A DNA stretch of 62,966 nt, counting the filler, from Collodictyon triciliatum (lineage: Eukaryota), in assembly GCA_043381765.1 (NCBI GenBank). It is 12 parts of 12 records of this genome, joined end to end, with 100 filler letters (N's around TTAATTAATTAA, not from the genome) between each part and the next. Parts side by side here need not be neighbours in the genome. Positions count along the whole stretch, not along the records: positions 37,841 to 43,598 come from JBHJMP010004963.1; positions 43,699 to 49,455 come from JBHJMP010004964.1; positions 49,556 to 55,313 come from JBHJMP010004965.1; 9 more parts are not named here. One strand, written 5' to 3'. The notes below the pieces were generated by a model. It did no database searches. It was not told the origin of the DNA and worked only from the letters and a program-made list of their open reading frames with translations. Shown one piece after another: positions 41,613 through 55,413 of the stretch. Position 1 is the stretch's first letter. Each line of letters begins with the position of its first letter. The position numbers and the translations under genes are program-made.

Positions 41613-42323
41613 GATCTATAAATAGCAAGGGCAAAGAGAAGATAACATACCAGATAAACACACAAACCAAATAATTTGTTGGAATCATATCCCATAGTTT
41701 GATGCGTAGGAATTTAGAGTATTCTGAATTTCAAGAGTAGGGCGGATTCTTATTCTTGCTCAATCAAACACCGACTTCCGACTCACTCATTTATCTATTT
41801 AAGAGGGTTTCCTCGAGACGTTCGATGCTATAGCTCCAGAGGAGAAGGAATGCTCCATGGTCATTTCTTTATATCAAAAATCAACAATATTTGATACATA
41901 CATACCGAGTTAGAGTCGCAGCAAAATCACGTTGCACTTTTTTTTTATTTCATTTGTTACAACGCTTCATTTTTCTTTTTCACAACCAGTAATTCAGAAT
42001 CTTGGTGTAGTATATCTTAATGTCGTAAATATAAACGTTCCTTTTCTAGTCACATATCTCGAGATTGATTTCGTATGAATCTGAATGGTCTTCAAATCGC
42101 ATAACGACCATTCTTCAAAGTGGTTTGTAGCGAAACAGACCAGAATCTTTGTTGAGACAGAGTGCAATTATATGATAATCAAGGATTTATTCATAATTAG
42201 ACTGTTTCGCCTATTCTTAACGCGATAGCAGCTGCTTCTGCTGAGCGGTGGGTATATGATGTAATATGCTGGACTGATTGCTGGGTGTCCCGTAGTCTCA
42301 GGGCGGTCGATAGTGTTTTGAGA

Positions 42324-43458
42324 TTACAAACGCTGGATTCGCCCTTCTCCACGATGGATTCTGTTTTCACGCTCCATCTCACAGAGGATGGTTTCAATCT
42401 CATCGGGCGAAAAGGGGTCCATATTGTTTGCATTTACAGCAGAATCAACTTCAGATTCCATGCAAGAGTCTGACTTGGCAATCTCCATCAAATAGTAATT
42501 CAGGGAGCGCATGAAAAGCTTCTTCCTAAAGCGTAAACGAAATAAAGAAAATTGCAGTTTGTAACAAAAGGTTTGAAAAAGAACTACAATGGAATTCGCT
42601 TGAAATAATTCGATAAAATTTATATCGACTATACCGTGCAGCTGTCATTGGAGTCTGAAAGCTTGTTTGTGGTGGTCGTTGCGGAGTCGACTGCATAGGA
42701 AACGGTGATGCCAATACCCCTCCGGGTGCTGTCATCGGCTGGTATCTACGTGATTGTAAAATGATGGTAAAATATTTATACTTGAGAAAGTTTTCTTCAT
42801 ATTTTTTTTTTTAAAAAAAAAACATTAATGAAGTGCGCTCATACTTTTATCTGTTGTTGAATTTTTCATTCCATTTAATTAATTAAATAAACGGGTAAAT
42901 AAAGGGCAAATAGGAAACATAAGGCTGGAATGTATTCATTTGTGAAAATTACGTTCTAGATGTCTGTGGAGTGCTTAAATATTTATCTGCAGTATCTCTC
43001 TTAGTTTTCGGCTGATGCAATATGTGTTTGTTGTTGTTTTTTTTTTTAAAAAAAAAAGAAAAAAAAGGTGAAAATCACTCACTCGAGTCTTGACTTTCTT
43101 CAGCAAAATCGAAAATGTCCATATTCGAGTCTACAATAGATGTGGCCTTGCGTTTGCGTGATGACTCATCCAAAGACGCACTATGATAATCGCACACAAA
43201 ACGAAGTACTTTTAATTCTCAAAGATAGTATAGTTTACTTTTCACTCTGAAGGAAATTGTGATAAAATCCCAAGAAAAATAGGGTTACTTAGGGCCCAAG
43301 TCGGTTCCTCCGTTGGTGTGGTCTTGGTTGTCATATATTTGTGCGCCCGATGCATTTTCCTGATGCTTTTCGTTTCCTGGGCGGCGCTGCTTCTTAGACG
43401 GCATAGCTTCATGGTAAAGAGCAAAGCTCATAAGCCTTAGCGCTGATCGGACATCTTC
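42324..43458 (-). CDS. MCM3: MCM3 replicative helicase subunit, C-terminal exons
   Basis: EDVRSALRLMSFALYHE, an acidic linker DIFDFAEES, and a terminal winged-helix PFSPDEIETILCEMERENRIHRGEGRIQRL* resembling the MCM3 C-terminus. Confidence 0.78.
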
Positions 43459-43503
43459 CTGCATTTCGAATTACATTTAGGGGCTTTGTAATTTATTATG
43501 TAT

Positions 43504-43598
<95 letters not shown>

Positions 43599-43859
43599 NN
43601 NNNNNNNNNNNNNNNNNNNNNNNNNNNNNNNNNNNNNNNNNNTTAATTAATTAANNNNNNNNNNNNNNNNNNNNNNNNNNNNNNNNNNNNNNNNNNNNTT
43701 TCTTCTCTTTCTTCTCTTTCTTCTCTTTCTTCTCTTTCTTCTCTTTCTTCTCTTTCTTCTCTTTCTTCTCTTTCTTCTCTTTCTTCTCTTTCTTCTCCTT
43801 CTTCTCCTTCTTCTCCTTCTCCCTCTTTCTCCTCTTTTTTTTTTTTCAGAGCAGTACAT

Positions 43860-44070
43860 ACACGCATGTAGTGAAGAAGATCCAAGCCCAAGATGGCGCA
43901 GTTATCCACCATCTGCCTCGCTGTTTCGGACGTGCGCGACTGGCTTTCTCTGGCAGCAGAGCAAACATTGTCCGAGCCTGAAAGGCGACACACATTCGCA
44001 GGGTCTGAACTCGAAACATAGTTTTCTTCCAGTGCGACGTTTGACTCATACATGAAACATCTGCCCAAGT
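43860..44070 (-). CDS. Possible exon of an unidentified gene
   Basis: Open, compositionally complex frame VNLGRCFMYESNVALEENYV...AILGLDLLHYMR flanked by AT-rich sequence; no family recognised. Confidence 0.35.
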
Positions 44071-44489
44071 TCACACTCAAACAATATCTTCTTCTTCCGC
44101 ACGATTATATTTATTCATTCCTTATCTCATTATATGTATGTACCCTGAATGCAGGTTCTCCAGAAAAGCATTTGGAGGAAGTATGTTATATATGTCATCG
44201 AGTAGAGCGACACTTTTATCACGCAGAATCGTTTTCCATTCGGATACTTACCATCCGCTAATCGATAAAATTTGAGAATATGATGTTGATTTAAGCTGTA
44301 GCATATCTACGAATCAGATGCATAGATAAACCTCTTGTTTTTACTTTCGATACTCTTTTATTCACCACCTTGGCCAGTTCATCAATGTCATCATCTTTAA
44401 CTTTATTTTTATCTATATTAACTCATGTATTTATTATTTATTATTTATTATTTATTTATTTATTTATTTATTTATAGATACTTTCAGCA

Positions 44490-46098
44490 TTGCACCATTG
44501 GATTCCCGAAGCCTGGCTGGAACCATCTCATTTGTTACCACAGCACACACGCGTTCACAACACTCTTTTGCAGCGAGGATGAATGACGAGCGCAACCAAC
44601 GCACCTCCTCCGCCGATGTGATGCAGCAAGTGACGACCAAAGAGACGTTTGCCTCAACTCAGATAAAGAGTATCCGTACAGTGAGCTTTCAGGCAAGCGA
44701 CCCCACAGAAGCGGCCTCCATGAATGAACAAAATCTTGGGCGAGCGAAGGCTGTTGTCATGCAGCATGAGCGTTTTCATAAGAGTATGTCTACATGAAAA
44801 TATAATTTCGTGTCTTTATATAATTTCCTAAAAACTGCACATGTATTCCTATTTCTTTTCCCTGCTTTGTTATATACCACTAGAGACGGTGCCTGTATTT
44901 GGGACAGAGCTTGATAAGTGCATCTTATCTCTCAAGCCTGTTAGTAAAAATCACAAAATAATAATTATAATGCTTGTGATTAATACATATTTCATCTACC
45001 GGATGGTATGTTTTAATAGGGTTTTTTTTCTTCAAAAAAAAATAAAATGTGCAGGAATGTGAGATGCCATTATTTCTGGAGAAAGCACTAGTATATCTAA
45101 TGAAAAACTGTATTTATTTCGTACATCTGGAATAAAAAAAATTAGAAAGAAGAAAAAAACTTTATTATATCATAGTTATATATAATTGTACACAAATATG
45201 GCGAATATGAAGATCGTAACAAAAAATTAATTCGTCTTTACCATTTAGTGAAAACAGACTATTTGGTCCAGACACCAATAGACCCAGGAACAGAGGAGAG
45301 ATGGAGGCAGCGAGTCGAAAAATACTGTAAATTTCTAATCATTCAACCACTTTCATTTTTATGTATTCAAGTGATCGGATATGAAAGATGTTACACCACT
45401 ACCGAAAATTAAATAAAAACATTATGTACCGCTATACCAGGCAGCACAATCAATTTTGAAGACTCGAGTAATCCCTACATAGTTATGAACCTCGTAAAGA
45501 TATTTTTCAGTAAGTTCCCGTCGTGGTTGGGCATATTCCGTCATATGCCACCCTCCCGCTTCGTCTCCATCATTTACGCTTAAATCACGTTTCTAAATCC
45601 TTTTATCTTAGGCGAGTTGCCTCATTCGCTCATTCCATCCAAAACGAGGGATGTTCTATTTAAATCCATACAAAGTGTGTATCTTTGTTAAATTATAGTT
45701 TATCGTTTTATTCCTTTGGTTAGATATTCCTCAAATTATGGCTGTGTGGTATTGTATTCACCAGCCCTAAATTTGTATTAAAATTTTATGTATGTCAGGT
45801 TATCCAGATACTATTGACGAAAGTCTAGATTTCTCTCCTCTATGTAAAGCCTTGGACATCGAGTGTAAGCAATGGACAAAGAGTCACCAACAAACTTTCT
45901 TGAATCTTTTTTTCTACTTCACAAATGTGTCATCTGAATCAACATCAAACCACTCAACTCGCTCTGAAATAGCTCGCATCTTTGGGTAAGTGAATAGAAT
46001 CCTAGTGTAATATTCATAGCAAATATATGGTGTCCGAATCAAACCGTTTATTGAGTTTTTGAGAACCGTACTTCTCATTTTTATTTATTTTTATCTAT

Positions 46099-46193
<95 letters not shown>

Positions 46194-46645
46194 TGGTATT
46201 CAAAGTAACATTCATGGAATAGGTCAATCTTAATTGCACCAAAAATGATTCCATCATCATCGCCAGCTGTTGAAATAATCACCACCAGTGGTGATGACCC
46301 GGTCTACAGCTACAAGAATTTCGACAAATATTGTCAGAAGCTGATTTCTTTGCTCATACTCTTTTTTCCCAAATACTCTGCATCTCTGAGCTTTTCTGCA
46401 TCAATTATACCACCACCCACACCCCAATTTGACAGGCTACGTTCAAATTCTCCTTGACAGCGTACCACAACATCTGCCAATCCTTTATAATATGTTGCTT
46501 CGAGTTCGTAGATGATTATATGACTGATTTTAACACTGAAAGAAAGAAAAAGAAGGAAAAACTGATTTATGCACCATCTATCATAAATCATCGTAAAATG
46601 TTGGTCGATGAAGCAATAAATACTATAGTTCCTTTAGATATCTAA
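44490..46645 (+). CDS. RhoGAP-domain protein, apparently lacking the arginine finger
   Basis: PVFGTELD, ECEMPLFLEKALVYLMKN|LKTDYLVQTPID, NPYIVMNLVKIFFS|ELPHSLIP and TFLNLFFYFTNVSSESTSNHSTRSEIARIFG follow the RhoGAP helix order. Confidence 0.8.
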
Positions 46646-48626
46646 GGAAAGGAAGTGCTAATAATAAGAAAAGAAAAAGAAAATGGATATCTAAACAATA
46701 AGAATACATCAGAGAATATATCCCAAGATTAGTGGGACAGCAATCTGATTTTGATGCAAAAGAAATTCAATTTGTCAATTCCAAAGTAATAATGGTTAAG
46801 TATCGTTTCAAATAAAATTGTTTGTTGGGTCAGCATGGGGAGATGACAGAGGGGGAGAGAGAAACAGAATATGATGCTACTTTTACGCTATGCTATCATG
46901 CCGGGCTATCGCTGACGTTCTATCCCATGTACGCCCTGAAACAACTCTGAATTTTTATACTTCATTACTATTTGATTTATTCCATCTTTTGGGGTAACTA
47001 TAACTCTTTTTTTTTTTTTTTCCTTTATTCATTCAAGGGAGAGGGTTCTTTTTTGATGATGTTTTTTTTTCTTCGTATTTTTCTACAGTTTGGCCTGGTT
47101 ATTGCGCCTTGTTTGAAAGCAATGATGCGAGTCGGATTCAGGTGTAGGTCAACTTGGTACGAAAACTGAAATCTTCCATCGTTGCTATGCGTCCATGAGG
47201 GTCGAGCATAGTTACAACTCATAAGGAGCTGCAACAACCAGTGGCCCTGTCCTGGATTCAATCCATGGCCATATTATATCCAAACTTGACAGACCGAAAA
47301 TCCTTGGTATGTGCTCAATTGCCTTTGAGGAGCTGCAGGTGATTGCAAGATTGCTTTCCGAATACCACTGCCATTTGAAGTCAAGGAATATGATAGAGCC
47401 TGTCCAAGACTTTGAGAAACTCCCTGAATATATTGTCCACAATTCATTAATTAAGAGGCAGGCGCAAACACAAATCGAGTTGATATTTATCTCTGGAATG
47501 AAACATATGAGGCATTAAATTCTAATGAAATTTTCCTTTTGAGACATAGGAACTTCTCGATGTATGTGATTTTATCATCCCGGATACTCTTTTCTCTCAA
47601 TAAACTGTTGAAAAGAAACCAAAAAAAAATCATCCCGGATACTATCAAGTTACAAGCAGCAAACTTGTCTCAACCTTCATCTAGTCTCCATGCCTCACGA
47701 AGTTCTGAACTTGGTAGACACCCATCGCATTGGAGGCGCTCATGAAATCGTTGAATATTCCTCATCAGCCGCTATTTGACCGATAGTTAGAGGAAAGTCA
47801 TATTCGAACTATCTCTGTTCGAAAGCTTACGTGCTCTGAAGAAGGATGTTTGCTGCATTGAACAGCGAGAATTTCTTTCATTCAAGAGACACCGCCCGAT
47901 AAAGTTAACTCAAATCATCTTCAAGGAGACATTACTCTGTCACGTGCTGTGTGAGTAACAAGTGTTAAATATGTCGCGGGAGATATCTTACAATACTTTT
48001 GTGTATCTCTCGTCGCTTGCAGTCAAAGAAGTAAGGGAAAGTTTTGGTTTAGTCCTTTTGATTCTCCGTGATGATGAAGTTGTGGCATATACCTTACGGC
48101 CCCTTTAACTTCTTGAGATTTAGCATAGCGCCTTTCATGTTGTATGTGAGTGTTGACATCATCCTTAAACCCAAAGCACTTTGAGGGTATCTTAATGCTT
48201 ATCAAATGGTGTGATGTGCATCAGATATCCTATTGAATAAAAGTGCTTGTCAGAAGGGGTTTTTAGACCATTCGACTATTATTTCAGTATATCACATGAC
48301 CCTTTGGCTGTCCGCACCACTCTCGCACGCTGAAGTCTTGTTCGACGGTTTGGCAGATAAGATTGTTCGTTCGTTTGTTCGTTCTTTTGTTATTATTTTC
48401 TTTTTTTTTTCCTGCCAATAATACGCTTCCAAAGAGTTCGGTGAGCCCACCTAGCGAAAAAGAAATGAAGTCTCTCGACAGAAGGGCTTATCAGTATGTC
48501 CTTGGGCTTTTTAGAAGGCCGAAAGCTGCATCCTTTATACTCGCGCTTGGGCGATCGCTCTAGTGAACAACCGATAGCAGGCTCTTTATCTTTCAAAGAC
48601 GCTGCCCCGAACGCGCGATCAAGGCG

Positions 48627-49214
48627 ATGTCCTCGAATCTCAAGAATCTGCAGGAACTACTTCAAGCCGCACAATATCACGACGCCGCTTCTTTCCAAAG
48701 CTGCGCTTCCCTATCTCTTGAGTTTGAAAGTTTGACGTCTCTACCACATGAAGTCTTCCTTTTGTCTAATTTAACAAGTCTATGCATCGCTGAAAATCCG
48801 TTGTCTTGCTTGTCGCCTGGTATCTCCCGCATGGCGCGTCTCAAAGACCTGTCAGTATTCCGAAACCAACTGTTGTCCTTGCCACCAGAAATATCGTGCC
48901 TGACAGGTCTCGTCTACCTTGCAGCCTATCGCAATCGCATTTCGTTCCTGCCGCCGGGGATTTCATGTTTGGCGGCTCTGACCTATATGGATGTAAGCTA
49001 TAACACGTTATCTGCAATCCCCGAGGAAGTATCGGGCTTGAGGAATCTCCTGGAATTGAATGTCGAAGGCAATCACCTATCATTGATGCCAGTAGGAATA
49101 TCAGGCTTGACAAAAATAACATGCATTAAGGCATTTCGAAATCAGCTCTCTTTCTTGCCGCCGGAAATATCGTTCCTAGAAAATCTAGACTTTTTATCTG
49201 TTGATGGTAATCCG
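48627..49214 (+). CDS. Leucine-rich repeat protein (23-aa LxxLxxLxLxxNxLxxLPxxI repeats), 3' end cut by contig end
   Basis: About 7 regular LRRs in the ORF starting at 48627; GT donor at 49215. Confidence 0.9.
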
Positions 49215-49366
49215 GTGTGTCTTTTATTTTTTTTTCTTCATTTCAAACCCCTTGTCTTTTATGATGATAAAGAATGATTTAGATAGATCCCAGTGAAAAG
49301 TACATGCCTTTTTTCTCTCCTATTTTTACTTCTTTTTTTTTACTTTTTTTTTTTTACTTTTTTTTT

Positions 49367-49455
<89 letters not shown>

Positions 49456-50267
49456 NNNNNNNNNNNNNNNNNNNNNNNNNNNNNNNNNNNNNNNNNNNNT
49501 TAATTAATTAANNNNNNNNNNNNNNNNNNNNNNNNNNNNNNNNNNNNNNNNNNNNTTTTGTTTTTGTTTTTGTTTTTGTTTTTGTTTTTGTTTTTGTTTT
49601 TGTTTTTGTTTTTGTTTTTCTTGTTTGTTAATCGTACACGTTCACTTGAAGATCAATACGGGGTGAGTTCAAAAGAGGAGGTATCCTTCTTTCTTATGTT
49701 CGGTTTCAGCGACTACTTTGCTGACTACGCTTATTTTTTTGACCCACGCCTTGTGAATTGTCATCACTTTGTCAGACATCTGCGCGCTCTATTTCGTGCG
49801 GGTAGTGACTATGGATGACGGTGGTGGAAAGCCGCGCGACGATTTTAAAACAGACGGTAGTTTTGCTCTTGTCGGACTCGTTCATGATCGGCTCATATGT
49901 GATACTCTCGCCTTCAATTTTGTTTGTTTGTTTGTTTGTTTGTTTGTTTGTTTGTTTGTTTGTTTGTTTGTTTGTTTGTTTGTTTGTTTGTTTGTTTGTT
50001 TGTTTGTTTGTTTGTTTGTTTCTTGTTTGTTTCTTGTTTGTTTCTTGTTTGTTTCTTGTTTGTTTCTTGTTTGTTTCTTGTTTGTTTCTTGTTTGTTTCT
50101 TGTTTGTTTCTTGTTTGTTTGTTTGCTTGTTTGCTTGTTTGCTTGTTTGCTTGTTTGCTTGTCTGTTTGTTCAGTATACTCTTTGTTTATTTTATATACG
50201 TATTCTCTTCTCGCGTCTCCCTTTTTTTTTTCATTCTTCCTTCTCTTCCCTGTACTTATTTAATTAG

Positions 50268-52696
50268 AATAAACCGGGCTTTGTACAAAAATTATTAGAG
50301 GAATACTTTACCTACCTACAAAGAACATTTGGAGGCTCGTATGAGTTCCGGAGAGTCAAACCAAAGAAGTGTTCACGGGACGAAGCCAGTCCGCCTGGAT
50401 TCAAAAGGTCAACTTAAGTAGATTATGAAAGACAATATCGTATTATTTTACTCGGATAAAATATAATCGAAAATTGTGCTTTTTTTTATTCATAATTATT
50501 GGGGTTCTATAATCGTCGCATTCATTTGCTATGTAGAATGATATTAAAAGTTGGTAATGAAAATTTTGAACTCTGCATCAAATATTGTTACAAATCCTTA
50601 TGATTCTATTACATTTGCAAATTTATATAAAAAGGAACTTGGTTCGCAATATATTCTATCACGCGCCCACTTCTCTATAACGTTTTTCATTTCCAATTAA
50701 ATCATAAGCTTTTTTTTTTATTACTTACTTCCCTTTTACATATCTCCATCAGCAATCATAAACTTGCTCATTCTCATCATTTAAAATCCTTAATTTTATA
50801 TCGTTTCCATTCTTAGAGTGCAAGCATTTTGTTCTCATTTTTTGTTGTTGTTGTTATTATTATTGAACCATAAATCTAAGTATATTCTGATTATGCACCA
50901 GAGCTCGCAAAGGTGCCCATGCAACCAACAACGCTGAGATGAACTCTGATAATGAAGCCAATTATTCAAACACGTCCGGTCAGTCTGATATGAACGACGC
51001 TGCATCGGCTAGCCGTAAAATCAAAGGTTCCGCCAATTCAGCGTCAAATGGAGCTCTGGAAGGCACTATCCACAACCAAACTAACATTTCACAGAATCAC
51101 AAAGGTGGTAATGCAGGTGATAAACAACCAGTTGACTCTAGAAATCAATCAGAAACTTCAACAAAAAAGAAAGCCGGAAGGAAGCCAAAATCAGCCCAGG
51201 TTCAAGACCAAAGCACCAAACCTAAGACAACTTCAGAAAACGTGAATATGTTGAGGATAGTAGATGTAGATTCATCCGAATCGATTCCAGGTAAGTATAG
51301 TAAGAAAAGAGGAGACATTTTAGAATCAAGAGGATCAACAAAGACGTCATCACTATCATCAGAAAGCGCTATTTCTGCTGCTTCTTTAAAACGACCGGTC
51401 ACTCAAGATGACCCAAAGCTTTCAAATCATACAGAAAGCTGCTCACAGACCAATCCTGCCAAAGAAACCCCCATCATTTCCAATTATATTTCAAGAGGAA
51501 AATTCTGGGGGCTGCTCCCATCTTGTACCCCTTACTTTTATCAGATATACATCGTTCGTCTATTTACATGAATATTTATATTATGAAGATTTTTCTACCA
51601 AATTTCTCTATTTTATTTTTGCTAGGAAATTATTATTAAGTTATGATATAATTTTCTCTGCAGCGCGAAATCAGAGGGTTTTACGTTTGCCAATATTCGA
51701 AGGTGCTGATTTGCTCTCAACAACGATGAACTTCAGGCTGCCATATGATTTATGGAAGGAAATGAAAGTGGCATCCATAGATAAAGCAATCTTTGAAGCC
51801 TCCAAGAAATCTGCATCTATCCCATCGGATTCGGGAGAGGCTACAAATGGAAATCAAAAAGCACACTCATACGTATTTTTGAAGAAAACAGATATACCCC
51901 ATTTCGACTATTTGCATAGAAGTCAGTCATTTACATGCATATGAACCGTATTTCTTGTCCTTATCTCAAAAATCTCCATCTACCTTCTTATTTTCGTTAT
52001 TTCTTCAAATTGTGTTATGATTGTATCAACTTTAAGAAATATTTTCTTGCTACTAGACCACTACAAACCAGGAACACGTCCTCGTGTCGCCGAGGAAGAT
52101 ATCCTTGTTTGTAATTGCAAGGTTGACCACGAGAAAAAACTTGGTTGTCTAAATAAATGTGTCAATAGGTAAGCATACTTGATGAGTGGTTGTATGATTT
52201 AAACCTAATCGATGTAGATGAATATTGTGATTTTGAACCTTTTTTTTTTTCCATGAAGGTGTGTATTCTACGAATGTATTCGTTCCCTTTGTCCCTGTGG
52301 CGAGTTTTGTCAAAACCAAAACTTCCAGCGTCGAAAGTACGTCAAGACTAAAGTTGTTAAGGTAGTTTCAAATCTTTCCAAAAAAATAATAAATTACACT
52401 GATACTCTATTAATTGAACACCTCCTCTTTTTTCTTCTTCTAAGTACTGTCATTATCAACACGCTTGAGGGGATACTGTCAATAATTGATTTATCACAGA
52501 CCGAAGGCAAAGGATATGGTTTGGTGTGTGCGGAGGACATAAAAGCTGGTCAATTTGTTATCGAATATTGTGGAGAAGTTATCGCTGATGACGAATGCCG
52601 CGACAGATTATACGTATTTGTTTATGTATTCAATCATTTTGTTATCGGTTCATTTTTCTTTACATATTGAGAACTTCCCGACTGCATCAACTAATT

Positions 52697-52756
<60 letters not shown>

Positions 52757-52895
52757 AGCAATCACAAAGAAAAGGCCAATCCAACTTTTACTTCCTTACA
52801 TTGGGTAACAACATGGTCGTTGATGCCTCTTTGAAAGGAAATTATGCTCGATTTGTAAACCATAGCTGCGAGCCGAATTGTGAAACGCAAAAATG
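50268..52895 (+). CDS. H3K36 histone methyltransferase, ASH1/ASH1L-like (pre-AWS, AWS, SET), partial; may continue after the N gap to ~54.1 kb
   Basis: FRLPYDLW (cf. ASH1L FQLPYDI), AWS CNC...[15 protein letters not shown]...[13 protein letters not shown], and SET KGYGL...[12 protein letters not shown] and [25 protein letters not shown]. Confidence 0.88.
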
Positions 52896-54251
52896 GTATC
52901 AGTAGACAATTAAATCAGTGAATAATCTCATCATTTTATTTCATTTTTTTTTTTTTTTTACTTTTGACAATTGTTTGTTTGAAAANNNNNNNNNNNNNNN
53001 NNNNNNNNNNNNNNNNNNNNNNNNNNNNNNNNNNNNNNNNNNNNNNNNNNNNNNNNNNNNNNNNNNNNNNNNNNNNNNNNNNNNNNNNNNNNNNNNNNNN
53101 NNNNNNNNNNNNNNNNNNNNNNNNNNNNNNNNNNNNNNNNNNNNNNNNNNNNNNNNNNNNNNNNNNNNNNNNNNNNNNNNNNNNNNNNNNNNNNNNNNNN
53201 NNNNNNNNNNNNNNNNNNNNNNNNNNNNNNNNNNNNNNNNNNNNNNNNNNNNNNNNNNNNNNNNNNNNNNNNNNNNNNNNNNNNNNNNNNNNNNNNNNNN
53301 NNNNNNNNNNNNNNNNNNNNNNNNNNNNNNNNNNNNNNNNNNNNNNNNNNNNNNNNNNNNNNNNNNNNNNNNNNNNNNNNNNNNNNNNNNNNNNNNNNNN
53401 CATTAAAAAAAAAAAAAAGAAAAGATAATCCACATTCATTAATGGAAACCATACAGAGTGTCGAGGATATATCGGTAGCAAAGTCCCACAAACCACCGAA
53501 AAAGTTCCAAGGAATAATGTAAGCAATTTCCTCTATTTATTTTGCTCAGATGAAATTGTGCGTATACATATTTGTGCGTATGATAACAACCACTGCATCG
53601 ATTGAAGGCAATATTTGAGACGCGCATACCACCCAGTTTATCGGCGACTTGAGATGATTATATGGATACATGTTCTTTAGGAGGAGGAAGAAGCGAAGAA
53701 GAAACCGCGCTCGGTACGTCTCATCACACGAGTCAACCGCCGGAACGCGTTCCTAACCGTGCTGGAAAACAGGCATCGCCCACAGAACCACGTGGATGCT
53801 TCACTTCAGCCAGTTTTCCAGAGAAGGGGTTACCACAAGGCCCGTATCTACCGGACAATCGAGTTTGACAAGTGGGTCGGGGATGATTGACACGCAAGAG
53901 GTAGAGAAGAAAGCATCAACAGGGTTTCGCCCGCCTGCCACGTTTCCAATCGTCCGTCTCGTTTGTTGCCTTCATTCCATTTGCCCCACGAGCATAACCA
54001 TGGAACTCATCCTTTAATTGCAAGGAAGATGGCGCAGAAAATACCGGGACAGCTCGAAGCGAGGATGACGGTTGCTCCTGGGCACAACCTTCTTATTCGC
54101 CTCGCTTTTGATGATTTCTGTCCTCTCATTCCCTATCTTTCCATACTCTGATTCTTTTTCTCCTTTTTTCCCTTTCTTTTTTCATAGCTGTCCATTATAA
54201 GACACACGGAACCACACCAACCCCCACTCCACATTTTCAATAACGAACGAA

Positions 54252-54282
<31 letters not shown>

Positions 54283-54344
54283 AATGGAGTACCTTAATCT
54301 CGGCTTTTTTCTGTCGCATTGGGTGTAATTTATCTGTTTACTAG

Positions 54345-54480
54345 AAAGGGTATAGCAATCTTTCGATTGGTAAACCTGGTCTGCTAGTATCCAAGGCCTC
54401 ACCACTTTTTTCACAAAGATTGTGTAATGGTGAAGACTTTCAGGAAATACCAACAACCTGTTTTTTTTAGGGAAGGTGTA
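54345..54480 (-). ncRNA. Partial candidate Fanzor omegaRNA, copy B
   Basis: Non-coding sequence 54361-54460 aligns closely with 55837-55937 downstream of copy A; similarity stops near 54345. Confidence 0.55.
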
Positions 54481-55313
54481 TGCATATTTTGAAGGATAAA
54501 AGAACTTTCTTGAGTATATTTTTATGCTGTTAAAGTCCCTTGTCAAGAATACACTCTGTTTGCTTTCTGAGCAATTTCATTCTTTACACATGAGACATCT
54601 ATACATTTTTTTTGTATTACCTTTCGGTGTCATATATTCCAGTTCTTTTTCGCAGATACAGCACATCTTGGAGGTTCTAAATACATCTACACTAGCTGTT
54701 TCAAAACGTTTGGATGGGATTTTTCGTAATCCTCTTCGGATTATTGCCATAAAATGGTTCATCGGACATTTTCTGCTCCAGTCTCCATACGCCAGTACAA
54801 CATCCTTGTGAAATGCCTTTTCGATTCGGTCCATAAACAACACTTCACTTCTTTTTGTATTAACATACTGAATCCATCTCATCTTTCGAAAAGGTACTTG
54901 TTCATAAAATCTGGATAAATCTACCTGGTATCATGGTTTCATAGAGATACATATTTTCGATTTTTTTCATAATCGACCGTGTATGAATTATGTTTACTAA
55001 GTTCTGTCTCTAAATCGATTAAAGATGCTCTTGATGTCTCAAACTGGTGATTCTCTTCAAAAGTCCTGAGACCAAAAGAGATAGAATTTTGTAAATCTGT
55101 TGTCATCCATTTCCCTGAAGAATTATATCGTACTTCCTTTTTCACGCAAAAGTATTTTGTGATTTTGAAGAGATTTGCTATCATGTCTTGTTTGGTGTGC
55201 CGTGTAGCGTATTTCTTACCTGTCTCATCCACCATGTAAACCAAATTAAAGTTGCGTGCATCCATTTAACTTTTTTTTTTTTTTTGTCGCTAATAAAGAT
55301 AACTGCTCATCGG
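54480..55313 (-). pseudogene. Fanzor1 (TnpB-like RuvC nuclease) pseudogene, copy B: C-terminal half, 5' part cut by contig end
   Basis: MDARNFNLVYMVDE (RuvC-I), WIQYVNTKRSE...LAYGDWS, VDVFRTSKMCCIC (RuvC-II E>V plus zinc finger), CLMCKE and TRDFNS (RuvC-III), with frameshifts and stops. Confidence 0.88.
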
Positions 55314-55413
55314 NNNNNNNNNNNNNNNNNNNNNNNNNNNNNNNNNNNNNNNNNNNNTTAATTAATTAANNNNNNNNNNNNNNNNNNNNNNNNNNNNNNN
55401 NNNNNNNNNNNNN

